DNA of 64,000 bases from an uncultured Gammaproteobacteria bacterium (GCA_964543535.1 CAZIYS010000001.1:195159-259158), one strand, 5' to 3'. Shown: positions 10,555 to 20,081, counted from the stretch's first letter. The notes: generated by a model not told the origin, from the letters alone. A program made the numbers and translations.

Positions 10555-10776
10555 TTATTTTAAAACTAATAATTTTTCCAACTCTGTTTCTGATAATAAT
10601 TTTTTTTCCAGAATAATTTCTCTCATTGTCTTACCCGTTGCAACGGATTCTTTAACAACTTTGGAGACAGCGTCTTTATTAATATAGACGCTTCCATGCT
10701 TTCCAGAAGTATAAACAAAGTGGCTATCAGTAATCACCGCCCCGACTTTTTTTAAGATATCAACAACATTGTCCAT
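10555..10776 (-). pseudogene. chimeric relic ORF: PRTase N-terminus joined to an aspartase/fumarase-type C-terminal tail
   Basis: Residues 1-37 (ILKKVGAVITDSHFVYTSGKHGSVYIN) look like a PyrE-type N-terminus. The last ~30 aa (ATGKTMREIILEKKLLSETELEKLL) look like the C-terminus of aspartate ammonia-lyase or class II fumarase. Confidence 0.35.
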
Positions 10777-10818
10777 AAGTATATAAATAATTTATAATAT
10801 TTAATAAATTAAAACATT

Positions 10819-11730
10819 TTAATGAGCCATTCCAATTAAATTTTCAACATTTTTTATTTTTTCTTTTACTAAAAAGTCTTTCATACCGGCAATAATTTCT
10901 TTATATATTTTATAGCCACGTAAATATACACTTGATCCAACGCCGATCAAAGTCGCGCCAGCCATCATCATCTCAACCGCATCCTGCCATTTCTCCACTC
11001 CGCCCATACCAAGGATAGGAATTTTTACTGATTCGTATATTTCATATATTTTTGCAATCGCAACCGGCCTGATGCCAGGTCCGGACAAACCACCTTTTTT
11101 TGCCCCAAGAATCGGCTTCCGCTTGTAAATATCAATTATCATGCTTGGAGCAACAGTGTTTATGGCGGCAATCGCCGAAGCGCCTGCTTCCTCACAGGCT
11201 TTTGCTATTTCGCTAATTTGTTCAACGTTTGGAGAAAGTTTGGCAATTAAAGGAATTTTTCCTGCTTCTTTTTTCACTGAACTAACGACTTGATAAGACG
11301 ACTTACTTTTATTACTAATCATTTCACCAAATTCACCCTCAACATTAGGACAAGATAAATTTAACTCAATGGCAAAAGGCTTTATTTCAGCAATTTCAGC
11401 CACTAATTTTTTAAATTCTTTGATACTGGCCGCAAAAACACTTACTATCACAGGAACTTTTGCTTGTCTTAAGAATATTTTTATCTGTTTTTTTCCTTCT
11501 TTTAATCCTGGATTTTTTAATCCAACCGAATTAAGAATGCCATATTCATATTTAGCCACTCGAGGAATTGGATTGCCTTCTCGCGGCTCTAAAGTAATCG
11601 ATTTTAATACAACTGTTGACGCTCCAGCATCAATAGCTAATTGATGGCCGGGAATATCATTGATAATTCCTGAAGGAAGAAATAATGGATTTTCCAATTT
11701 CTTATTAAATAATTTTATTTTAAGATCCAT
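10819..11730 (-). CDS. pyrD: dihydroorotate dehydrogenase, class 1 catalytic subunit
   Basis: NLSCPN active-site block, and GGLSGP and GGV motifs. No pyrK-like partner is seen. Confidence 0.85.
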   Translation of the reverse strand: MDLKIKLFNKKLENPLFLPSGIINDIPGHQLAIDAGASTVVLKSITLEPREGNPIPRVAKYEYGILNSVGLKNPGLKEGKKQIKIFLRQAKVPVIVSVFAASIKEFKKLVAEIAEIKPFAIELNLSCPNVEGEFGEMISNKSKSSYQVVSSVKKEAGKIPLIAKLSPNVEQISEIAKACEEAGASAIAAINTVAPSMIIDIYKRKPILGAKKGGLSGPGIRPVAIAKIYEIYESVKIPILGMGGVEKWQDAVEMMMAGATLIGVGSSVYLRGYKIYKEIIAGMKDFLVKEKIKNVENLIGMAH

Positions 11731-11757
11731 ATTTTTAAAAATTATAAATAATTTAAT

Positions 11758-12810
11758 TTATAATGGTTTTATAACTTTTCCAAAACCAGATTTAATTAAT
11801 AATTTACCACCTTCAAATACTTTTTTTCCTCGAATATAAACTTTTTTTATTCTGCCTTTTACTTTCCATCCATTAAACGATGACCAACCGCACTTTGTCT
11901 TTAAGTTTTTATTATCAATAATATACTCTTCTTTTGGATCGATTTCTACAAAAGTATTTTTATCAGTTTTTATATTAAAAATTCTTTTTGGATTTTCAAA
12001 ACAAAGTTCGACTAATCGATTAATCGTTAATCTTTTTTCTGAAACTGCAGTTAGCAAAAGTGGTAAAGTCGTCTCCAGCCCTGGGACGCCAAAAGGTGGT
12101 TTATCCGATTTTTTTTCTTCGATAGTGTGAGGGGCATGATCGGATTCTATAATATCAATATCTTTTAAGTGGCCCCAAAGAAAATCAACGTCTTTTTTTG
12201 ATTTTAAAGATGGCTTCATCATGCCGAATGGACCGAGTTTTTTTTCATCAGCAACAGTTAAAAATAGATGATGAGGAGTAACACCACAGGTAATCGGCAA
12301 TCCTTGATTTTTTGCTTTAATAACTGATTCCAATTCGTATTTAGTTGATATATGAACAATGTGAACTCTTTTTCCTGTTTTTGCCGCCAATTTAATGACA
12401 ATATCAATGACATCCGCCTCAGCATGAGCGAGAATTGGTTTATTACTTTTCCAAGTTCGAAAAATTTTTTTTAGTTTTTCTTCATTAATAATAAAATTGC
12501 CGGTAGTTTCATTTAAATAAAGTTTAAGTCCAAAAACATACGGTTTCATTTTTCTTAATTCATCTAAATTCTCTCCAAGACTTCCCGCATAAAAACCAAG
12601 TTCACAGACAATTTTTTGGCTGGCAATTTTTTGTTTTTTCCTTAATTCTTTTATTGAAGTAATTGGGGTTTTATTATTCGGCATATCTAAAACTGTAGTA
12701 AAACCACCGGCAAGTGCGGCCAAAGTCCCAGTCAAAAAATCTTCTTTATAAGTTTGACCCGGATCGCGCAGATGAACATGTATATCAATTAACCCTGGTA
12801 AACGCAACAT
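11758..12810 (-). CDS. pyrC: dihydroorotase
   Basis: IDIHVHLRDPG metal-binding start and SDHAPH motif. Confidence 0.85.
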   Translation of the reverse strand: MLRLPGLIDIHVHLRDPGQTYKEDFLTGTLAALAGGFTTVLDMPNNKTPITSIKELRKKQKIASQKIVCELGFYAGSLGENLDELRKMKPYVFGLKLYLNETTGNFIINEEKLKKIFRTWKSNKPILAHAEADVIDIVIKLAAKTGKRVHIVHISTKYELESVIKAKNQGLPITCGVTPHHLFLTVADEKKLGPFGMMKPSLKSKKDVDFLWGHLKDIDIIESDHAPHTIEEKKSDKPPFGVPGLETTLPLLLTAVSEKRLTINRLVELCFENPKRIFNIKTDKNTFVEIDPKEEYIIDNKNLKTKCGWSSFNGWKVKGRIKKVYIRGKKVFEGGKLLIKSGFGKVIKPL

Positions 12811-12832
12811 ATTTTATCTATAAATCTATAAT

Positions 12833-13552
12833 TTATATCACCCTCTTGATTTCCTGTTCCAAAATATTTTTAAAGTTTTTAATAATTGCCCAGTGATTTT
12901 TTGGGAGAAACATCTTTAATTCTTTTTCAAATTGAATATTTTGCTTACTGAGTACGATTAATACTTTTTTTAGCACGTTTTTTCCACTCGCGGGTAGAAG
13001 ATTAGCTCTCAGAATATAATACAGATCATAAAAGTCCCTGGCTTTTTGTCTATCAAGTAAAGCGTGGACTTTTCCTGATATAAGTTGTCCCTGCTTAAGA
13101 GCCATGATAGTATATGGTGGAATAAAATCATTAACAACTGTAGCTATTTCTCCTATATTTTTTTCCTTTCTTTGAGAAATTTCAAGCTGAATATCTATTC
13201 TCTGACCATGCAAAAAAAAATTAATGATAGCTAAATATCCTCCAGTTGTCTTTTTTGACTCTTTTATATCAATTTTAATTCCTTCCCGTTCAATTTCCCT
13301 GACTGTTTGAATAATAATATCCTCTATTTTGCTCATCGTTGTTGTATTTGAACTAAAGTCCAAGTCCTCAGAAAATCTTGGGCTATGGTAAATTATTCTT
13401 AAAGCCGTACCGCCTTTAAAATATATTTTGTTCGATTCCGAATGACGATAAAAATAGGAGAGAAAAAGATGTTGAATGTATTCTCGACGAACATTTAGTT
13501 CGCTTGTCTGCCATTTTATAGATAAGTCTTTGATGAATTGATTGGAAATCAT
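12833..13552 (-). CDS. AbiEii/AbiGii-family nucleotidyltransferase toxin (DUF1814)
   Basis: FKGGTALRIIYHSPRFSEDLDF motif. 4-nt overlap with the upstream AbiEi-like gene. Confidence 0.8.
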   Translation of the reverse strand: MISNQFIKDLSIKWQTSELNVRREYIQHLFLSYFYRHSESNKIYFKGGTALRIIYHSPRFSEDLDFSSNTTTMSKIEDIIIQTVREIEREGIKIDIKESKKTTGGYLAIINFFLHGQRIDIQLEISQRKEKNIGEIATVVNDFIPPYTIMALKQGQLISGKVHALLDRQKARDFYDLYYILRANLLPASGKNVLKKVLIVLSKQNIQFEKELKMFLPKNHWAIIKNFKNILEQEIKRVI

Positions 13553-14145
13553 ATAAAAGCTTCGATTAAATTATTTAATTTTTTATTTTTGAATAAAGCT
13601 GCATAAAAAATTATTTTTTCTTTATCAAAACCTTTTGTCTCTAATCGATCATTTTCTGGGCTTTTTTTCAACGATACAAAATATAGATAATCAATTAATG
13701 CTTTTTCTTTTTCGGCAATCAAAAAAATCTTGTCTCCAATTTTATTTAATGAATAACCTGTAAACGCTTCTTTTTTAATGGTTTGATAAGAAAACACTTT
13801 TCCAGAAACATCAAAAAGCCGCGTCGGCTTAGTTGTAGCCGATGTAATTGTATATACCATCTCCGGAATTAAATTATAATAAGCTAATGCATATTCGAAG
13901 GAAATATATGATGGTTTGTAGATGGCATTGGCTATTTCTTCTTCCGATGGTTGGTCAGTTTTTAGCATATATATTCCCCGCTTTAACCTTGAAAGAAAGC
14001 CTTCTTTTACTTGTGTCTCTAAAAAATATTTAGTTGAGTGAGACGAAGTTTGAAAGATGCGTGTAAATTCTTGCCCAGTAAAAACACGAAGATTGCGTTT
14101 TAGTAACTCTTCACGTATTTGAATTGGTTTCAGTAAAGTGTACAT
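13549..14145 (-). CDS. AbiEi-family antitoxin / transcriptional regulator
   Basis: RLKRGIYML...PSYISFEYALAYYNLIPE is typical of AbiEi. Translationally coupled to AbiEii. Confidence 0.7.
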   Translation of the reverse strand: MYTLLKPIQIREELLKRNLRVFTGQEFTRIFQTSSHSTKYFLETQVKEGFLSRLKRGIYMLKTDQPSEEEIANAIYKPSYISFEYALAYYNLIPEMVYTITSATTKPTRLFDVSGKVFSYQTIKKEAFTGYSLNKIGDKIFLIAEKEKALIDYLYFVSLKKSPENDRLETKGFDKEKIIFYAALFKNKKLNNLIEAFI

Positions 14146-14165
14146 ATTTATACTTAACTGAAATG

Positions 14166-14194
14166 ATTATAAGACTAAACCACTTATTTGTCAA
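14166..14194 (-). promoter_or_regulatory. consensus sigma70 promoter of the AbiE pair
   Basis: Minus strand reads TTGACA, 17 nt, TATAAT, about 20 nt before the AbiEi ATG. Confidence 0.55.
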
Positions 14195-14206
14195 GTCCTT
14201 ACATTC

Positions 14207-14226
14207 GGGACGGATAAATCCGTCCC
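14207..14226 (-). terminator. hairpin 5 nt after the carB stop
   Basis: gggacgga-taaa-tccgtccc, 8-bp GC-rich stem. No clear U-tract follows. Confidence 0.4.
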
Positions 14227-14231
14227 CTACA

Positions 14232-17200
14232 TTATAAATACTCGTCCCAGCTCTTAATCTTTAAATCGCTTATTTTGTATCTGTCCAGAGCATTGACAAA
14301 AAAACGGGCGGAATTTAAATCAGTGAACAATGGAATGTTGTTGTCAATCGCCGCCCGCCGGATCAGATATCCGTCGGTCTGATGTTTTTTTAATAAAACA
14401 ACATTATTATAATCTTCACTCAAATTAATCACCAAAGAAACTTGTTTTGATTTGATAATATCAACGACGTTCGGGTTTTTGCCTTCATAGACTTTATAAA
14501 CCAGACTAGTCCGAACCCCTTTAGTTTTTAAAAATTTATGAGTATTCAAAGTCGCGTACAGTTTATAACCCAGACTTTTCAAACGCCAGATTGACTCGGC
14601 AAAACGAAGTTTAAAATCATCCCCGCCAATTGTGACTAGTGCCGTCTTATTTTTTAAAGATAAACCAGTGGAAAACAGAGATTTCAAATAAGCTTCCTCA
14701 GCCGTCTCACCAAAACAAGCCACTTCTCCGGTTGAAGACATCTCAACCCGTAAAATAGGATCAGCCCCTTCCAACCTGGCAAAAGAAAATTGCGGCGCTT
14801 TGACCGCCACGTAATTGGGATATTTTATTTTGTATTCTTTACTCTTTCCAAAAAAACTGTCAACTATTACTTCGGCAAAGTTAACTCCGGTGACTTTAGA
14901 AATAAATGGAAAAGTTCGAGACGCCCGTAAATTCATTTCAATCACATAAACTTCATTGTCTTTGACCATAAACTGGATATTAAAAGGTCCGGTTATATTT
15001 AAAGAGGCGCTTAATTGATTTGCAATCTCAACCATCCGAGTACCGCTAAAGAACCGTACTCTTTCGGCCGGATAGACAATCGTTGCGTCTCCGGAATGAA
15101 CGCCGGCGTGTTCAATGTGATTGGAAATCGCATAAACTTTGACTTTACCCTCTTCCGCCACTCCGTCAAATTCGATTTCCCGGGCGTTGATAATAAATTT
15201 GGAGATTGTGACCGGATGAGTTCTGTTAATATCAGTCGCCTTTTTAATAAAATGTTTTAGTTCGGTTTCGTTATAACAAAGATTCATTGCCGCGCCGGAC
15301 AAAACATAAGATGGTCTGACTAAAATTGGATAACCAACTGTTTGACTGAACTTTAAAGCCGCCTCCATAATGGAAAAACTATTCCAAACCGGCTGCTTAA
15401 TTTTTAAGCTGTCTAATAAATGAGAAAACTTTTTCCTATCCTCAGCCCGGTCAATATCAGCGGCTTTCGTTCCTAAAATTTTGATACCGTATTGAGTAAT
15501 CTTTTGAGCAATATTATTAGGAGTCTGGCCGCCAACCGAAACCACCACTGCTGATGACTGTTCAAATTCATAGATATCAGCTACCCGTTCAAAATTTAGT
15601 TCTTCGAAATAAAGTCGGTCAGAAATATCATAGTCAGTCGAAACCGTTTCCGGATTACAGTTAACAATAATTGACTTTTTTCCATATTTTTTTAAGAATA
15701 GAGAGCTATTGACGCAGGTCCAATCAAACTCAACTGATGAGCCGATCCGGTACGGCCCAGAGCCTAAAACCATCACTCCTTTATCACCGATCGGTTTAAC
15801 ATCATGATGACTACCGTTATAGGTGGTGTATAAATAGTTTGTTTTGGCGGGAAATTCTCCGGCTAAGGTATCAATTTGGAAAACGGACGGAAATAATTTC
15901 CATTTATTTCTTAATTTCCTAATTTCTAATTCCTTGACTCCTAACAGCTCCCCGATTTTCTTATCCGAAAACCCTAATTGTTTTAGGCGTAACATTTGTT
16001 CCAGTTGTAAGGAACAAAAATTTTTGTTCCTTACGGAAGAAATTTCACGTTCTGCCTCCACAATCACCTTTAATCGATATAAAAACCAAGGATCAATACC
16101 AGATAACTGGTAGATTTTTTCCACTGACACTCCTAGTTTTAAGGCTTTAGCAATAAAAAATATTCTTTTTGAGTTAGCCTGTTTAATATTCGCCAAAACT
16201 TCCTCTTCGGTCATATCAAAATTATTATCAGTTATTCCTTGAACGCCAATATCTAACATTCTCACTCCTTTTTGAATCGCTTCCTCAAACCGGCGGCCAA
16301 TCGCCATAATCTCACCCACTGACTTCATTGAGCTGCCGATTTTTTCCGTTGTTCCTTTAAATTTATCCATATCCCAACGAGGAATTTTCACAACAATATA
16401 GTCTAAAGCCGGTTCAAAAAACGACTGAGTAACTTGAGTTACCTGATTTTTTATCTCCATTAGACTTTTACCCATTATTAATTTGGCGGCCACGTAAGCT
16501 AAAGGATAACCAGTGGCTTTGGAAGCCAAGGCTGAAGAGCGGGATAAGCGGGCATTGACTTCGATAACATAATATTCTATTTGAGGCGAGACAGGCCCCG
16601 TCGAAGGATGAGGATTGAGCGCGAATTGAACGTTACACTCCCCCACAATCCCCAAGCTCCTAACGATTTTAATTGAAAGTTCCCGCAGATAATGATATTC
16701 AAAATTAGTCAACGTCTGACTGGGAGCCACAACAATTGACTCGCCGGTATGAACGCCTAAAGGATCCATATTTTCCATATTGCAAACCGTCACACAGTTA
16801 TCATATTGGTCTCGAACTACTTCGTATTCAACTTCCTTATAATGATGGAGATATTTTTCCACCAATATCTGCGGAGAAAAAGCCAAAGCCTCTTGAGCAA
16901 TAACAATAAATTCATTTTCATTTTTAGCGATTCCCGATTTCTGGCCGCCTAAAGAAAAGCCTGCCCGGATCATCACCGGATAACCGATTTCTTGAGCTTT
17001 TTTCAAACCAACTTCAACAGAACTAACGGCAGAACTTCTCGGTGTTGCTACTTTAATTTTATGAAGATGATTGGCAAACTTTTCCCTGTCTTCAGTTAAA
17101 ATAATTGAAGAAACTGGTGTTCCCAAAACTTGAACATGATATTTACGTAAAACTCCTTTTTTGTAAAGATCCATTCCGCAGTTTAAGGCTGTCTGGCCGC

Positions 17201-17453
17201 CAAAAGACAAAACAATTGCGTCAGGTTTTTCTTTTTTAATTACCTCGGTGACAAAGTCCGGAGTCACCGGCAAAAAATAAATTTTGTCAGCCAGCTCTTT
17301 TGAAGTCTGAATCGTGGCAATATTGGGATTAATCAAAACCGTCTTAATCCCCTCTTCCTTAAAAGCCTTGATTGCTTGACTTCCTGAATAGTCAAATTCT
17401 CCAGCCTGGCCGATTTTGAGGGCTCCGGAACCAAGAATTAGTATTTTTTTCAT
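14232..17453 (-). CDS. carB: carbamoyl-phosphate synthase large subunit
   Basis: 1073 aa with two ATP-grasp halves and an MGS-like C-terminus. Collinear with CarB throughout. Confidence 0.95.
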   Translation of the reverse strand: MKKILILGSGALKIGQAGEFDYSGSQAIKAFKEEGIKTVLINPNIATIQTSKELADKIYFLPVTPDFVTEVIKKEKPDAIVLSFGGQTALNCGMDLYKKGVLRKYHVQVLGTPVSSIILTEDREKFANHLHKIKVATPRSSAVSSVEVGLKKAQEIGYPVMIRAGFSLGGQKSGIAKNENEFIVIAQEALAFSPQILVEKYLHHYKEVEYEVVRDQYDNCVTVCNMENMDPLGVHTGESIVVAPSQTLTNFEYHYLRELSIKIVRSLGIVGECNVQFALNPHPSTGPVSPQIEYYVIEVNARLSRSSALASKATGYPLAYVAAKLIMGKSLMEIKNQVTQVTQSFFEPALDYIVVKIPRWDMDKFKGTTEKIGSSMKSVGEIMAIGRRFEEAIQKGVRMLDIGVQGITDNNFDMTEEEVLANIKQANSKRIFFIAKALKLGVSVEKIYQLSGIDPWFLYRLKVIVEAEREISSVRNKNFCSLQLEQMLRLKQLGFSDKKIGELLGVKELEIRKLRNKWKLFPSVFQIDTLAGEFPAKTNYLYTTYNGSHHDVKPIGDKGVMVLGSGPYRIGSSVEFDWTCVNSSLFLKKYGKKSIIVNCNPETVSTDYDISDRLYFEELNFERVADIYEFEQSSAVVVSVGGQTPNNIAQKITQYGIKILGTKAADIDRAEDRKKFSHLLDSLKIKQPVWNSFSIMEAALKFSQTVGYPILVRPSYVLSGAAMNLCYNETELKHFIKKATDINRTHPVTISKFIINAREIEFDGVAEEGKVKVYAISNHIEHAGVHSGDATIVYPAERVRFFSGTRMVEIANQLSASLNITGPFNIQFMVKDNEVYVIEMNLRASRTFPFISKVTGVNFAEVIVDSFFGKSKEYKIKYPNYVAVKAPQFSFARLEGADPILRVEMSSTGEVACFGETAEEAYLKSLFSTGLSLKNKTALVTIGGDDFKLRFAESIWRLKSLGYKLYATLNTHKFLKTKGVRTSLVYKVYEGKNPNVVDIIKSKQVSLVINLSEDYNNVVLLKKHQTDGYLIRRAAIDNNIPLFTDLNSARFFVNALDRYKISDLKIKSWDEYL

Positions 17454-17462
17454 AATTTATAT

Positions 17463-17624
17463 AAAGCTTGATACCGTATTTTTTCGCAGACTTCACCCTA
17501 AAGGGACCCAAGTCATTTGCTCAAAAATAGGTATCTGCGCTTTAGCATATTTTAAAAAGCGAAGATATCAAATTTTTTACGGTTTTTTGTTTTCCGTTAA
17601 AAAATTTTTGATATCGAGCTTTTT
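17463..17624. repeat. composite hairpin element (module X + module E), left arm
   Basis: aaagcttgataccgt...gatatcgagcttt. It is the reverse complement of 18699-18847, with the first ~80 nt nearly identical. Confidence 0.85.
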
Positions 17625-17627
17625 CTT

Positions 17628-18689
17628 TCATATCTTTTTCAAAAAATAATCAAATATCCATTCTGTATCTGTTGGCCCCGGACTCGCCTCAGGATGAAAC
17701 TGAACTGACATAAACAGATATTTTTTATGGATAATGCCTTCATTAGTATTATCATTAGCATTAACAAACCATGGAGAAAATCCTTCAGGGATTCTTCCAA
17801 TAGCAAAACCATGGTTTTGCGTCGTCAGATAGCAACGCTTAGTACCAACCATGATGCACGGTTGATTTTGTCCGCGGTGACCAAACTTCATTTTATAAGT
17901 ATCGCCGCCGGCTGCCAAAGCGAGAATCTGATTTCCCAGACAAATTCCCAAAAGAGGAATTTTTTTTGCTAAAACTTTCTTAACGGTTTCAATCGTCACA
18001 TCAGCCATTTTCGGATCTCCTGGCCCATTCGAGACAATCATGGCATCAAAATTTAAATTCGAATTAAAAATATCAAAATCCCAAGGTACAGTAATTACTC
18101 TTACTCCCCGATTAATTAGACATCTCTTTATATTATTTTTAACACCACAATCTATTAAAACAATTGTTTTAACTTTGTTTCTATCTTGTCCACGATCGTT
18201 GTTAAGATAATATTCTTTAATAACCTTTTTTGTTGAAACAGCATTAACTAAGTTACTCAAGTTTGGATCAACAAAATTAATATCTTTGTCAAAGATAATC
18301 TTTGCCAGCTGAGCCCCTTGATCTCTTAATTTTTGGGTCAAATAGCGAGTATCTGGAATCACTAAACCGGGGATTTTTTCTTTTTTTAACCAATCACTCA
18401 AGGTCATCTGGCTTTGAAAATGCGACGGTGTATCAATATATTGAGAAACAATCAAGCCGGAAACATGAATCCTGTCCGACTCCCAAAATTTTTTATCCGG
18501 GACTCCGTAGTTACCAATAATCGGATAAGTAGCCACTAAAATTTGCCCTTCATATGAAGGATCAGTTAAACTTTCCGGATAGCCAACCATACCTGTCGAA
18601 AAGACTAACTCTCCGGATTTAGCTTGTTCATAGCCGAAGCTTTGCCCTTCAAAAACTTCGCCATCTTTTAAGATTAGTTTTGCTAACAT
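17628..18689 (-). CDS. carA: carbamoyl-phosphate synthase small (glutaminase) subunit
   Basis: GICLGNQ catalytic Cys block and HRG.N/HGF motifs. Confidence 0.95.
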   Translation of the reverse strand: MLAKLILKDGEVFEGQSFGYEQAKSGELVFSTGMVGYPESLTDPSYEGQILVATYPIIGNYGVPDKKFWESDRIHVSGLIVSQYIDTPSHFQSQMTLSDWLKKEKIPGLVIPDTRYLTQKLRDQGAQLAKIIFDKDINFVDPNLSNLVNAVSTKKVIKEYYLNNDRGQDRNKVKTIVLIDCGVKNNIKRCLINRGVRVITVPWDFDIFNSNLNFDAMIVSNGPGDPKMADVTIETVKKVLAKKIPLLGICLGNQILALAAGGDTYKMKFGHRGQNQPCIMVGTKRCYLTTQNHGFAIGRIPEGFSPWFVNANDNTNEGIIHKKYLFMSVQFHPEASPGPTDTEWIFDYFLKKI

Positions 18690-18698
18690 AATTTATTT

Positions 18699-18847
18699 AA
18701 AAAGCTCGATATATAAATTTTTACGAAAAACTAAAAAGTCGCAAAAATTATATATCTTCGCTTTTGAAAAAGTGCAGATACCTTTTTTGAGCAAATGACT
18801 TGGGTCCCTTTAGGGTGAAGTCTGCGAAAAAAACGGTATCAAGCTTT
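18699..18847. repeat. composite hairpin element (module E + module X), right arm, inverted
   Basis: Reverse complement of 17463-17624. Its terminal aagcttt supplies the last codons and the stop of pyrB. Confidence 0.85.
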
Positions 18848-19792
18848 TTCATCTCCTAAAATTAAACTAAACAACGCCATTCTTACGTACATCCCATTTT
18901 TCGCTTCGGTCGTTAGATAGACTGCTCGTGGATCCGAATCAACCGCAGTTTCAATTTCCCCAACCCGCGGCAAAGGATGCATTATTAAGGTGTTCTTTCC
19001 AGCTTTTTTATCAACTAGCTTTTTAGTTAAAATAAAACTGTGCTTTAATTTTTCATATTCATTTTTATCACTAAATCGCTCTTTCTGCACCCGCGTCCAG
19101 TACCAAAAATGGCAGTCAGAGGGAATTTCTTCAAATGATTTTATTTCTATTAACTTTATATTTCTTTTTTCTGACGCCTGAAAATCTTCTTTTGACAACT
19201 TTAATTCTTTTGGTGATAAAAGATAAAGAGTGTTTTTGGGAAAAATTGACAAGCCGCGAATCAGTGAATGGACGGTCCGGCCGTTTAAAAGATCGCCAAC
19301 TAAAAGACCTTTCAGATGATCAAGATGTTGGTGTTTTTCATAAATTGTAAACATATCAAGAAGGGCTTGGGTCGGGTGTTCGCCAATTCCGTCGCCGGCG
19401 TTGATGATAGGAATATCAGAAATATTACTGACCTTTTTAGCAATTCCGACCTGAGGATGACGGATGACAATCGCGTCGGAATACTGCTCAAACATTTTTA
19501 TTGTATCTTCAATCGTTTCTCCTTTAACCACCGAAGATGTTAATAAAGGATTTTGATATTCGATTGTCTGACCGCCGAGCCGTTTAACGGCTGACGAATT
19601 CGAGCTAAAAGTCCGAGTCGATGGTTCGAAAAATAGAAGAGCGACTACTTTTCCAGAAAGAATCTTTAATAATTTTTTTGTTGGGGTTTTTTTAATCTTG
19701 ATTACCTGACGAAACAATAAATCTATTGATTTTTGATCAAACTGATCAAGGGAAATAACATCTTTCCCAAAAAAAACCTCAGAAATTTTCAT
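18839..19792 (-). CDS. pyrB: aspartate carbamoyltransferase catalytic subunit
   Basis: STRTF, HPTQ and HPLPR motifs. Confidence 0.9.
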   Translation of the reverse strand: MKISEVFFGKDVISLDQFDQKSIDLLFRQVIKIKKTPTKKLLKILSGKVVALLFFEPSTRTFSSNSSAVKRLGGQTIEYQNPLLTSSVVKGETIEDTIKMFEQYSDAIVIRHPQVGIAKKVSNISDIPIINAGDGIGEHPTQALLDMFTIYEKHQHLDHLKGLLVGDLLNGRTVHSLIRGLSIFPKNTLYLLSPKELKLSKEDFQASEKRNIKLIEIKSFEEIPSDCHFWYWTRVQKERFSDKNEYEKLKHSFILTKKLVDKKAGKNTLIMHPLPRVGEIETAVDSDPRAVYLTTEAKNGMYVRMALFSLILGDEKA

Positions 19793-19871
19793 AGTCTCTG
19801 AGAATTATATTCTATACGATTTATAAAAAAAAGCAAGGGGAAAATTTTAAGTTATTGATATAATATAAATA

Positions 19872-19910
19872 GCCAGGGTGGCGGAACTGGTAGACGCGCA
19901 GGTTTCAAAT
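19872..19910 (+). pseudogene. orphan tRNA-Leu-like 5' half (acceptor strand, D-arm, anticodon loop with CAA)
   Basis: GCCAGGG-TG-GCG-GAACTGGTAGA-CGC-G-CAGGT-TTCAAAT. No matching 3' anticodon stem, T-arm or acceptor strand follows. Confidence 0.4.
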
Positions 19911-19922
19911 CCCGCCAAGAAA

Positions 19923-20006
19923 GGCGCGGTGTTGGAATGGTAGACAAGCCAGTCTCAAAAACTGGTGGCTGCATAAGCCGTGAGAGTTCGAGTCTCTCCC
20001 GCGCCA
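19923..20006 (+). tRNA. tRNA-Leu(CAA)
   Basis: Hand-folded cloverleaf: acceptor GGCGCGG/CCGCGCC, anticodon arm CCAGT-CTCAAAA-ACTGG, long variable arm, T-arm GAGAG-TTCGAGT-CTCTC. CCA is not encoded. Confidence 0.85.
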
Positions 20007-20081
20007 CTTTAGGCGGGACAATTCCCTCCCCCGGTACTAATTAACGATTATACAATCTATCTTACTTAAAAAAGTTTTATA

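Noticed and set aside
11369-11644. Plus-strand ORFs inside pyrD, carB, carA, pyrB, copA and others (e.g. 15015..15260, 15844..16113, 17727..17972, 19135..19543, 34971..35279, 36574..36873)
   Set aside because: All are embedded antisense in long conserved genes and lack start signals, so I treat them as spurious.
15900-15950. Low-complexity ttaatttcctaatttctaatt segment inside carB, suspected to be another in-frame repeat insertion
   Set aside because: The encoded ...VKELEIRKLRNKW... is collinear with the conserved CarB segment (…EIRKLR…) of other bacteria, so nothing is inserted.
17463-18847. Invertible DNA switch (inverton) around carA
   Set aside because: The segment contains a complete gene in operon orientation rather than a promoter. 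No recombinase is nearby, and the arms belong to a dispersed hairpin-repeat family. RNA-level pairing is the more economical idea.
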